Shown here piece by piece: positions 35,920 through 47,970 of a DNA stretch of 64,000 bases; the first letter of the stretch is position 1, and the number at the start of each line of letters is the position of its first letter. This stretch comes from Azolla caroliniana. Taxonomy: Eukaryota; Plantae; Polypodiophyta. The stretch lies in contig JBHGNT010000022.1 of NCBI GenBank assembly GCA_043228905.1, positions 11,904,001 through 11,968,000 of the forward strand. Direction: 5' to 3'. The translations under genes were made by a program, and so were the position numbers. The notes beneath the pieces were generated by a model. It was given only the letters and a program-made list of their open reading frames with translations. It was not told where the DNA came from and made no database searches.

Positions 35920-38900
35920 TGACACCATACCTTCCTTTTTTATGTATAGCCTTAAATTCCAATCAATGTGCCTTTTTAGTATAGCCTTCTTTCTATAGCC
36001 TTCCAAACACAACGTGCCAATGATTGTATGTACCATCAAACAATGTGATCAAGTATTCGCGAATCATAAGAAGAAGACAAAACCCTATATGGACACGTGT
36101 ATATTCTACATATCTATCTATATGTATATAATATAGAATCTTCCCACTTTATATAATTGGAGACACATCCCACACCTATATACTAACTAATGCCATAATT
36201 GTAATGTGTGATATCATATATTCATGTGTGTGTGTGTGTTTGTTGTCGCATGTCAGCAACTCATATCTAGCGTGATAGATTGACATATTCGCATTCGTGG
36301 GGTTTCCCATTTGAATGCAAACGAATATGCATACAAATGCATGGTCAAGTATTCGTTGAACCCAACAACAAAAAAACTTCATTATTTAGTTTCTTAGGAT
36401 AAAAAAAAAGGGACTTGACAATAAAAAGGGACATTAAAAGAGGAACTTTTTTATAATAAACGTAAAAGTATTTGTTTTATTTTTAATAAATAAATAAAAT
36501 AAAATAAAGGGTCATTAACTCCTCACTTTTTATTCTCTCAAAATTTATGGATATTTTATTTTTATCTTGTCATTAAAAATTGGACTTTACACTAATCATA
36601 TTTCTATAATAAATATAAAAATATTCGATTTTTTTAAAATGAATTATTTAAAATAAAGGTTCATAAACACTCCCCTTTTTTATTTGACACTGTAAAGGAG
36701 AGTTAATACTAATCATTTTTTTATAATCTATTAATGAATGACGGTTCTCTTTTTAGTGAATTAAATTTATTTTAAATAAATAAATATTTTGTATATTAAT
36801 GTTGCAAAACGAATGGTTTTATAATATTCTTGGGGCCATTTCGTATTCTCGAATATTAAGAATATCACACATTAAGAATATAGAGAATATTGTGCATGTG
36901 TCAATCTATGTGTGGCGTACATCCACATGTGAAAACGAGACATCATGCATATTGAAACTCATACATGATGCAAACTTCAAATAATGATTATAGATGTGAT
37001 GCCATATTCTTGGCTATGGAGTCCTCTTTTCATTATAGATATCCCATGTGAAAAGACCAATATCTCATGCTTGTGCCACTACCCACCATATTGATGGAGA
37101 AGCTACTAATGTCAAATAAATAAATAGATAAAAGTATGCTCAACGTAAACCATTCACACCCATCAGCAATGTGAATTAATATGGTACTTGAAAATAAATC
37201 TGAGAGAGGTGGTGCACATTTTGAACCTTCACAATGATGGAGAAGCATGAAATCACATGATCAAGTATAAAAAACCGAGATTATAATTGGGCAAAACAAT
37301 AAGATCATCTATGTAGTGAAGATGAAATGTTGTGATAGAAGTTGATGGAGAGCCTTTCCTAAACCAAAAATTGGGAACTCATGAACAAGCATGCAACACA
37401 AACTATGGCACTAGTGACACTAAAAATTACGTCTAGTTGTATAGTAGAGCATATACTGTCATGAAGATTTCACCTCAGGGAAGATAGTGACATATTCGAA
37501 GCTTGGTTTTGACCTCCAAGCGAAAAGTTGCGAGATCATATGTTAATTTCGGACAGCAAGAATTGAACATGCTACATTGACCAAAGTACACATCCATCCA
37601 CCAGAGGACATTCAAAAGGGGGAGGTTATAAACATAAATCTCGGAAATTTCAACCCCTCTCAAGAAGAGAGGGAAACTTTAAAAATTTCAAAAACTACAA
37701 TCCCCCTGAAAGGGGGAGGGCTACTTCGAAACTCTACCCATGAGTCATGACCAGTGTTGAGTAAAGTTTTTAATCCGTATCACAAATTTGCCTACTTTTG
37801 ATTAAACTAACTAGATTTTAAAAAATTTAATTGGCCATTTTTCTATCAATGTTCTTGTCATTTGGAACTTCTTGAATTTTTTTAAAAAAATCATCACATA
37901 CCAAATTCTATAGCATGAACATTCAATACAAATTTTACAATAGATATAATATTGAGAACATTGGTAACTAAGTAAACCATTGACAAAATTTTACTATACA
38001 ATATTGAAACATCACATACTGATACCATATTGAAACAAAAATACTAGATTGACCAATAGATATAATGAACATCAAATGCCATATTGAAACACAAATACCA
38101 TGTTAAAATATGGCATATCATATTGAAACATCACATACCAAAATCGTAGAACATTTATATCTAATTATCTTAGCAAGAGAGAACCAAGTCATTCATTGCA
38201 TGGGGAGATTCCAAAACATATTAGATAAAATTTCCAAAATTTCGATCTACATCTTTTATGAAGTTCACAATGTCATCATCATCATCAGAAGTTATTGTGG
38301 AAATATGACAACATGCTTTGCTTCACCACAACAAATTTTAGGCACTGAAGTCATGTTCTTCTAGATTAGGTCCTCCGATAGATATTTATATCAATGTATC
38401 TACCACATTGCTTTTTAGTCTATTTCTAAACCTATTCTTTGCTAGATTTAAGCCACTAAATCCTCTCTCACATGGTAATATAGAAGAGTATCGAATTAAC
38501 CCTCTCAATGAAAGCTTAAAAACCGTGGATAACTTTTCTTTTCACACATAAATACAATTTATCATATACCCAAACATCTAAAAAATCTCTTCCTAGCCAT
38601 TCTCTGGTAGCTTTCTTTCCTTCGTTGTGTTCGTCAAAATTTTCATTCTTCGCCATCTTTGTCGAAATTTTCGTTGTCTTCTCTTCCCAATTTCAGAATT
38701 TGAAGCCAAAAAAATCTTTGTTTTCCTTGTTGGTCCACGGAATTTTTTAACATGGATTTGCAAGAGATATTTAAAAGTATATATATTAAAAATTATAAAT
38801 GATAGTAAATTCTTGAGAATGAGTGTTGGTGTAGGGTCATGGAGATAGAGAGAACGAAAGCATTTTGCTTTGATGGATATGGTTTTGTTGGTGTTGGTGT

Positions 38901-40200
38901 AGGGTTATGGAGATAAAGAGAACAAGAGCTACTTGCTTTGATGGATATAGTTGTTTAGGGTTTATATGATTATGGATATGTATAGATCTCAAGACTAGAG
39001 CCGTTACTGATTACTCTCTTTCCAATTATTTAAAAAACTCCAGAGTTCATACCCTTTTTTTGTATAGCCTTTAATTCCAATCAATGTGTGACTTTCTTGT
39101 ATAACACGTGCCAATGAATGTATGTACCATCATACCATGTGATCTAGTATTCATCGAGTATATAATATAGAATCTTCCCACTTTATATAATTGGAATCTC
39201 ATTCCACACCTATATATTAATTAATGCCATAGTTGTATATTGTAATGTTTGATGTCATATTTCATGTGGGTGTGAGTGCATTGGTTGTCGTATGCGAGCA
39301 ACTCGTATTTAGCATACACCCACATGTGAAAAACGAGACATCATGACTATTGAAACTCATATATGATTAATGATCATAGATGTGATGCCATATTCGTGGG
39401 CCATGGCTATGGAGGCCTCTTTTCATTATAGATATCCCATGTGAAAAGACCAATATCTCATGTTGTGCCACCAAATTGATGGAGAAGCTACTAATGTCAA
39501 ATAAATAAATAGATAAAAGTATGCACAACGTAAACCATTCACAACCAATTGTGTTGTTGATTAATATGTCACTTGGAAATAAATCCCGTTGGTGCACATT
39601 TTGAACCTTCACAATGATGGAGAAGCATGAAAAACTTGGAACGTTAAATCACATGATCAAGTAGAAAAGACTGAGAATATAATTGGCCAAACAATAAGAT
39701 CATCTTGATAGTGAAGATGCAATGTTGTGATAAAAGTCGATTGGCGAGCCTTTCCTAAACTAAGAATTTGGAACACATGTACAACAAACATGTAACACAG
39801 AACCATGGCACTAGTGACATTAAAAATTACGTTTAGGTGTACAACAGAGCATGGAGCCAAATTTGCGTAAAACATACAAACAACGATACAACAAAATATT
39901 CAAGCGAATTCCCCTTTTTATTTTTTAGGTTGTCAATATCATTTAAAAATCCCCCTCATGCATAAATGCTCCACTAAGCATTGTCATAATGTGAAGAGCT
40001 TACACGTAGAAATGGGTTAAACGAAAATTTCATCTCCTTAATCCTTACCAACATTCCTCTTAAACCACTCCAAGTAACGGAGTAGAGAATTATCTCACAT
40101 GTATCTGAATTGCCCTTTCATTACTTGAAACTAATTCTCCCTTCCGTTATTCATTAACAATTGTTTTCAATTATTGACTATCTGACTCGCAATCAAACAT
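35920..40200. repeat. Two diverged direct copies (about 35920-38140 and 38820-40200) of the intergenic module found upstream of MTPSL-C (11240-11737 plus 26193-27434)
   Basis: Shared blocks such as cattatagatatcccatgtgaaaagaccaatatctcatg (about 11587, 37031, 39424) and catggcactagtgacac/ttaaaaatt. Confidence 0.8.
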
Positions 40201-40981
40201 GGATCACCACGTTTATTTTTATGAAATCCATGCTTTCTTAGATGTAGGCAACTAAATCCTCTTTCACATGTTACCATAGAAGAGCATGTAATCGAACGGA
40301 ACCTAAACGGTTTCTCCTTTTCCATGTGGGTGTGCAGACACGAGTTGCTCACATGAGACAACATACAAAACGAGATGAAATATGATATAAGAAATTATAG
40401 ACATGGCATGTATTGTTTAATTTCTATAAGTGTGTAAGGCCTTTCAAAATATTATTAAACAAGGGAAAATTATACATGTGTTGTATATAAAAGTGGCAAG
40501 ATTATATAGATATATATCTATACATACTGGCATACATGTGCTTGTTTAGGGATTCGTCTTTTAATTATTCATGAAATACTTTGTAACGTGGTTTCATATG
40601 ATACTTTCTAATGGAGAATCGTGTTTCAAAAATCATTAAGCACTTTAAAGTTGTTAACTTCTCAAATTTGTATGTTTACGATTGTGGGAAATGGGCCAAA
40701 TACATAAGACATGAGGTATGCAAATACACAACGTGCAAGTGGAAATATGTACATATTATGGAGGCATTTCCAAGCACGAGACTTGAAAGCTACAAAGACG
40801 TGTGGAACTTTTTGGACATGAGTACCTTATTTGGTATGATTATAAAAGGACTCTTGAAGTGTGATCTATGCATAACTCAATATATATCTCAAAACCACCA
40901 ACACAACCATATCATCAAACCTCTCACCATATACATATCAATAATATAGCCATTTGACATCAACCTTACGGTATATACTCA

Positions 40982-42436
40982 ATGGTGATCCTCAATGGGA
41001 ATAATAGTCTTGCGAATCTCGAGTCCGTGAGGCCGGGCTCCGTGATGTCACTACAAGGGTTAAATATAGGCTTTGTGAAACTGGCCTCCAAGTGGGCCCA
41101 AGATTCCCATTTCACATTATCATCGCGCTCGATGCATACCTCCTCTCGAATCAACTCTCGGCCATGCCCACACCGAGCTACAAGCCTAAATTTGTTGCCA
41201 TTGCGGTGCTCAATGGGGGCAGCCTCTGAATTGCACCCAGACCATGCCCATGTGAGTGTGGAGCACGATACTTGGACACAAGTTTCCAGTTTCACATCGC
41301 CGTGTATCAAGTTCTTGCAAACCGAATGTGACTCACGGATCCCAACTTGTGGTTCCGGTTTCATCTTGCCACCAATCCGATGCTCGTTCCCCACCAAATT
41401 GCACCCGCAATGCGAGACTATAAGGATGGTGTGCGAGCCATGGATCCTTAACTTGGCTCGCCCCGGTTCCGAGCAGCTCATCCTCGATTGTCTCATCCCC
41501 CGCTATGTGTGCCGCCTTTTCCCGGAAGCAACCGACCTCCGAGATCTTGAAACCATCACCAATTTCATTGCTTGGTTGTTCTTGTCGGACGACATAGAAG
41601 ACACTGGCCCTTTGTTACTCGGTACCGAAGGTCGTGGTTTCATGGGGTCTCATGATCATGGTCCTCCATCTACCACCAATGTTTGGGCACAATCGGTTCT
41701 TTCTAAACTCCGCGACCCACAATCTCCTATCAATGTCGTCCTTTTCGACAATTCGAGTGACTGCCGTGCCCAGAGCTTAATCATGTTAGATGCATTGGGG
41801 GAACTATGGGGGAAGATGTCATCTCGGCTCGTCCCACAAGCGCGGTCGCGCTTCATATCGGTCATGCAAGATCATCTTCATGCCGTCTGCCTTCAGCCCA
41901 CAAGCAAACGAGCATTTTGGCGGCACGAGGAGGGAGGCGATATGAACAAGAACGTAGAGGAATATAGGGCTATTCGCCGGCATTCCTCGGGCTTCCTTGT
42001 CGGTTTCGAGCTAGTCCTCTACGTGTTAGGCCTAGATGAGGATCCCATCCATCTCCACCCACTCGTAGAGGAGTTCCGGGACCTCGTCTTAGACTACATA
42101 TGGATGTGCAACGACATCGTGTCGTGCCACATGGAGGCTTCCCTCGGTTACAATTTCAACCTTCCGTGGGTCGTGTATGAGAGTGGTGCATTCGGGTCCT
42201 TCCAGGACTCGGTGGAAGTTGTGGTGGGTATGATGAATAGTGTGGATGCTCGGTGTGCACAAGTAGTTGATGCCATCCAACGGAATGAGGAGTTGATACG
42301 AAAGGAGCCGAAGCTCAATGCTTACTTGGCGACCATGGTGTCGTGGATGTCCGGCACGCTTTGTTGGTCCTTTGAAACCTATCGTTATGGCCTCAAACAC
42401 GACAATGAGCATCACAAGCATACAATATCTTGTTGA
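40982..42436 (+). CDS. MTPSL: MTPSL-B: intact intronless microbial-type class I terpene synthase-like protein, 484 aa, with an N-terminal extension of about 120 aa
   Basis: Single ORF with FLSDDIED (DDxxD), Arg sensor IRRHSSG, NDIVSCHME (NSE triad) and C-terminal WSFETYRY (WxxxxxRY). This is the motif set of bacterial/fungal alpha-domain terpene cyclases and non-seed-plant MTPSLs. Confidence 0.88.
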   Translation: MVILNGNNSLANLESVRPGSVMSLQGLNIGFVKLASKWAQDSHFTLSSRSMHTSSRINSRPCPHRATSLNLLPLRCSMGAASELHPDHAHVSVEHDTWTQVSSFTSPCIKFLQTECDSRIPTCGSGFILPPIRCSFPTKLHPQCETIRMVCEPWILNLARPGSEQLILDCLIPRYVCRLFPEATDLRDLETITNFIAWLFLSDDIEDTGPLLLGTEGRGFMGSHDHGPPSTTNVWAQSVLSKLRDPQSPINVVLFDNSSDCRAQSLIMLDALGELWGKMSSRLVPQARSRFISVMQDHLHAVCLQPTSKRAFWRHEEGGDMNKNVEEYRAIRRHSSGFLVGFELVLYVLGLDEDPIHLHPLVEEFRDLVLDYIWMCNDIVSCHMEASLGYNFNLPWVVYESGAFGSFQDSVEVVVGMMNSVDARCAQVVDAIQRNEELIRKEPKLNAYLATMVSWMSGTLCWSFETYRYGLKHDNEHHKHTISC

Positions 42437-44684
42437 TCTAAGAATACATCATCTTGATTTTTTTGCATGTATGTTTTTGGATTGTCGAGAACCTAGTCTC
42501 CCCAACATTGTCTACTAATTATTATTCCATTAGCTTTTTACCATCCTATTTGACAACCTAGGGTTTTGACTCTTGAGAATCTAAATTTGCATAAATGTGC
42601 GTGTGTATGGACCTAGTGAGATTGAGGTTTTTGGAGTGAGCGGTGCCGTGGTGTGGCGTGTCCTGTGTGAGAAAAAGTTAGGTTCCACGCGCATCTCACG
42701 AAGTGATGTATAAATGAAAATAATAATAACAAAAAATAAAACTTAAAGTAGCCTAGTGGTCCTAGCCATTTTTGAATAATCATGAAACAATTTCTATGTA
42801 AAAAACCACCAAAATCGTGGTATCTAACCTAATTGTTGTACAAACCATCAATTTTGCAACATAACTCTTCTATATTTTTGTCTACATTTTTCCCTAACCT
42901 CGTGTGTATTCTCCTTAAGGATTTGCTAATCGTGGTGGTGAATCCCCAACTTCCTCACCCCTTGTGTCTCCGCGGTCCAAGGCCCCGACGGTCTCGTTCG
43001 AGCAACACACGCACGCGAAACTTTGCGACCACGGTGAAGAGGCCAAAATCGAAGCTACGAGGGCACTCGAACAAGCCTTTATTCCACGAAAGGAGGTCGA
43101 GTTAGAAATCTTTACCATTGAATTTTTCCTTGCTATTAGGCAATAAAAAAGAGGCTATAATGTTTTGGATTGGTTTTTAAGTGTGATTGTGTTTCCACTC
43201 AAGTGGAAACCACAAATAAAAGGCATATAAGCAAAAGATAGGGGCTGCTAGTGTAATTTCAACGCTACTTTTTTGTTTACTTATTCTTTATATGTGAAGG
43301 GAAAGGGTGTTGGCGTCTTACTAATTACTTAAGCAAAACATAAAGAATTATATACCAAAGAAAGGAAACAAGGGTGCCAAACCACTCAAGCATCCCCTAG
43401 CCAACGGTGTGAGACGGACTTGTACCTCCTCGATACCCATACCATTGAGGGTTGATGCGAGTCGTACCTTGGGTTCTACAAGGAATACATGTGCTTACCT
43501 AAGAAGAGCCATAGTGACACTATCGTAGTCTCAACATAAGCGAGGTATCCCTTCATAAGAAGGTCGCGAGCCTCCTGATGTATGTAGAAACCCTAGGCCT
43601 TAGTGTGTTCACGCTTGACTACTTTTTTTGAAGTGGACAAGTGATAACACACTTATAGTTATCCCACGTTGTAGAATTAACTATTACAATTAATACCCTC
43701 GTTCCTTTAAGAATTAACCCACACGTACTCATCATAAGATTAGGGAAAACTATTGAAACCTATCTCATGATGAGTTATGGTTATGCATGTAACGGAGGGA
43801 TAGCCTAAAAGACCGAAAAAGAAACAAAACCAAAAGTTGAAAATTAGAAAACAGAGAATGAAAATTTGAATGAAAAAATAGAGATTAGAAAAGAGAGAAT
43901 GAGTGAGAGAGATCCAACATGAGAGAAAAAGAGAGATACGAAGTGAAGGAGGAAGCTTGAGGCAACATTGATCTCGACTTTCACGGAAGCCCTACTTCTA
44001 TCATTTATGGAAGAGTTCTCTTCTTCAATTCTTTTTCAATGACATAAAATACAATAGCCCCTTGGTATACAAAAGATTATGGTTTCACGAGGTCTCATGA
44101 TCATAGTCCTCCCTCTACCACCAATTTCAATTTCCAAGGCACGATTAGCTCTTTCTAAACTTTACAATCCACAATCTTGTAATGACAATGGGCTAACCAA
44201 TAGATACTAAATGAATAATAGCACCTACGCTAAACATATTAGCTATTATTTATTTATTTAGATATTAGAGTTACAATTACGTAGTTACATTACCTAATAG
44301 TTAATTGGTTATTCATTTGTTAGTTAGCTATTCACATATCGATTATCTATTTCCAAACTCATTGCAAAGTTCCTCGAACCATTTGTGGTCAAACGCCTCA
44401 AGGACCGATTTTTACATGTTATAGTAATAATTACCACGTACAAATGAGTTTTCTTAAGGATTCAGTTAACCTACTCCCGTATCATCAGATCTCCTCACTC
44501 CAAGATGTGACATGCATTAAATGTGAATGTCCAAATTTATAGTCAAACGATTCATATATAAATGCAATGTACAAGAGCATGTTTAGAAATCCATGAACAG
44601 TTTTTTAGATATAATCTTGTGTCCTCAAGGATTCGAGGCTAACTTGCACCCACCACTACAAGTGTGTCATGGTTAAATGTAGCA

Positions 44685-46370
44685 ATTAGCAACAGTTTGG
44701 TTCGGTTTGAGAGTGTCAAAATTGAATCGTTTAAAAATTTTGAAACTTGAACCGAACCGAACTACGAAACCGTTAAACCAAACTCCTAAAAAAATTCAAA
44801 CCGTTAAAATCGCAGTTTCGCGGTTTGGTTTCAATTTTCAACTTAGGTCAAAATTCAAATTTTAAATTTTTAAAAATTTAAAGATTTTCCTAAAATGTGA
44901 GAATAAGGCCTGAAAATGAAATGATTGTTTAACAATTTGTATTCTTTTTTAAAAATTTAAAAATAATAAAAATAAAAACCTTTTAACCGTTTAAACCGTT
45001 GTCGTGAAGTACGAAAGCTTCACATTAAAAGTCTACAATAAGATAAATACGTAACTAAAATAACATTTGATCATGTTTTATATATAAAGATAATATTAAC
45101 AACACATATGATAATATTATATATATGTAAAGAAAAATAATATATATATATAGATAAATATATTATATTACACGAATAAAAGAGAACTTGAACCAATAAC
45201 CCCACCCTATGACTCTCAAATCTTACCATTTACTCTATACTAGTAATATACATAAAATAAAGCATACTTTATATATACTTTATATTACATAAAGGATTTG
45301 CTTCATGATATAAAAATAAAGTTGTATGTTGAGACTTGAACCGACAACCTCATACAACAAAGTCAACACACCTACCATTAGGCTAGGCCCTTTCTCTTCA
45401 AGATTATGTTTTCATGTTTATTGTTATTGCATATATTGTTTCATACATAAAAGCTCAAAATGAGCGAGATGTTTATCATGCATCACATGCATGACTTGTA
45501 CCCTCCAATGCATCATATGCATGGGGGTACCTATTTAAATGGTGAAAGAGAAGATCAAAAGGGGGGATGGATGAGATATCAATCAAATATATATTACATA
45601 AGAGATACCATAAAATAGAGAAAGAAAGGAAGAAGTTCAAGATAAAGGTGGAGCTCTAGCCTGGCGGTCGTGGTGTTCAACTCTCAACAAGAGGGAGGCG
45701 GTTCGAGCCTTATTTTCATCAAAATATTGAAGTGAAGATTGTAGTGGTCTACGATCAAGAAAGAGAAGAGCGATTACCTTGCAAGACAAAGTTCAGAGGT
45801 TCAACGACGTGTACAACCACTTTTGTAACTCTTTCATCAAATAATTATAAATCTCTTTTATTGCTTCAAATATCATTCTATATCCTATCTTGTCATATCT
45901 TGTTGATCACTATTTATCTATCTCTACTCTTTCGTCTCTTCCGTCCATAATCCCAGTGATTCCTTCCTCACTTTCACGATATCTTTTGTCTACGCAACGC
46001 TACGCTTCTAGGCAAGCCACGTCACGACACCGTGGTGTCTAACTATCCAAATCTGAACCACGAAACCATTAAATTGAATTGCTAAAAAAATTTCAAACCG
46101 TTAAAATCGCGGTTTTGTGCAAATTTCAAAATTAAAAAATTCAAAAATTTAAAGATTTTCTTAAAATGTGAGAAAAAGGCCTGAAAATGAAATGATTGTT
46201 TAAAAACAATTTGTAATTTTTTTAATTAAAATTATTTATCTATTTATTTATAGAAACCGTTTAACCGTCTAAATTGCAGTTTCTAACTGTCTAAACCGAA
46301 CCGAACCGTTTAAAAAAACCTGAACCTGAACTAAACTAAACCGCTTAAACCGTTTTGAATGTTGGGACCT
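44685..46370. mobile_element. AAACCG/CGGTTT-rich non-autonomous DNA transposon (MITE/hAT-like), interrupted by a solo LTR
   Basis: Clusters of aaccgaaccg/ggttcggtt, and an internal direct repeat (about 44760-45000 versus 46055-46265). Termini are not clearly resolved. Confidence 0.5.
45000..46029 (+). mobile_element. Solo LTR (about 1030 bp, family F)
   Basis: Ends TGTCGTGA...TCACGACA (8-bp inverted termini), flanked by CCGT on both sides. TATA-like ctatttaaat at about 45531. Confidence 0.7.
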
Positions 46371-46429
46371 ATTCTTGCTTTTCCCTTTTTCACTTTTTTT
46401 TTTTTGCTTGGTCTCTCTCTCTCTCACTC

Positions 46430-47820
46430 CTAGAGAGGCAAACCAAGCATACTTTCAAGAGCCACAGACTAAAGGGTGGCTCTTTGACTCATTAGTGACC
46501 CCCTCCCTCATGTATGCATCAACAGTTTGGGCTCCAGGATTACCATCTTTCATGTGGACACAATTAGAGAGACCATTGGTGATGATGTTATCACACCAAC
46601 TCCGAAGCAAATCGACGGTACCACATGGCATTATTAAGGCTGAGTTCACATTACCCCCAATGTTAGTACATGCACTTTTCCAACTTGTAGTCTTTCTTTA
46701 TAGGATACATAGCCAACCACATGATGGAATATCTCATCAAGCCTTTAAGGTCTCTCGATCATTGTATGAGTCCGGCTATACTAACTCATGGTATGGCATG
46801 ATGGTGAGTTGGCTTCTTGCGAATGGTCTAGACATTAATAACCTACCTCCTCTTAGGTACAACCACACGATTGATAACACTTTAATCTCTCATGAGGACC
46901 GCAATAAAGTAATACGCCAAGACATATGGCAAATTTACACTCGGTATAAATGGATCACCCCACGAGAGCCACTCCCATCTAAAATGTTGTATTATAAGGA
47001 ATACTTCATGCACTTCTCTGAGTTAGGTTTTATCACGCAACCAAAATATCTAGATGTATTCTTACCACATGCACTAAGGGGTGCCATTGGACAACTTAGA
47101 ATATCATCTCACCAACTTGAGATTGAGAATGGCCGTACTAATGGAGTCCCTAGGGAGGAAAGGATATGTAGGTTATGTCACATAGAGATAGAGGATGAGT
47201 ATCACTTTACATGCAAGTGCCCAACCTACGCTGAGATAAGGGCAAAATACCAAGACATACTTGGTTCCTCTTCCACCCTCCCCAAACTATTAGATACTCT
47301 AGATATAAAGAAATTAGGCAAATACATTCTAGAGCTAAAACAACACAGAGAGAATAAGTTACAAAATGTTGACAATAATGTTGCTAATGTTCACCAACAT
47401 GTAACAAATGAAGTTTTTCAGGAACAGGGGGAGACAACAAATGTCGACACACTTGCATCACTCAACCTTTCCCTTGATGAGGCAAAAAACCAAAGAAGGA
47501 CCATATGTCCTCAAGTGTCGGGTTTCAAAGCAACTTGACGTGGTGTGGAAGCAATAATGAAAATAAGGGAACCTGAGATACACCGCCTAGAAGCCATGGC
47601 TAGGGCACTCTCTACATTGGAACCACGGGTGACACCCACATCAAAACCCTTTGACCCCCCACTTCTTTTCGAGGGGCTTGGGTGGAAATAAAATTAGGAT
47701 TAGTGTAAAGTCACTTCCTTTATCGAGTATACCACGTTATTGTACGCTACTATAACTCTTTTAGCTTAAGTTCTATGTTTACTTTATTTTATTTTAGTTA
47801 TGATGACCGGATAAATACTC
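46430..47820 (+). mobile_element. 5'-truncated non-LTR retrotransposon (RTEX/L2-CR1-like C-terminus, not L1)
   Basis: ORF 46375-47538 has LFDSLVTPSLMYASTVW and LRISSHQLEIENGR....REERICRLC....EDEYHFTCKCPTYAEIR, a post-RT Cys/His domain. The 5' junction lies in a (CT)n tract. Confidence 0.7.
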
Positions 47821-47970
47821 ATTTTGTTGTAAACCAATTGTCTCATGGGCCAAATTTGACCTTAGAAGATGTTAATATATCTTTCTTTCTTTCTTTCTCT
47901 CTAAAGACAAAACAAAACAAAGCCACTGTCTTAAACCCTAACAAAACAAAAAAACAGAAAGAAAGAAATT

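Noticed and set aside
40982-42436. Bacterial or fungal contamination explaining the microbial-type gene
   Set aside because: The gene has local paralogues with shared flanks, one carrying a plant Copia insertion, and it is contiguous with a spliced plant gene.
43300-44680. Possible gene or element in the region downstream of MTPSL-B
   Set aside because: No ORF of note and no recognisable motif or termini could be supported.
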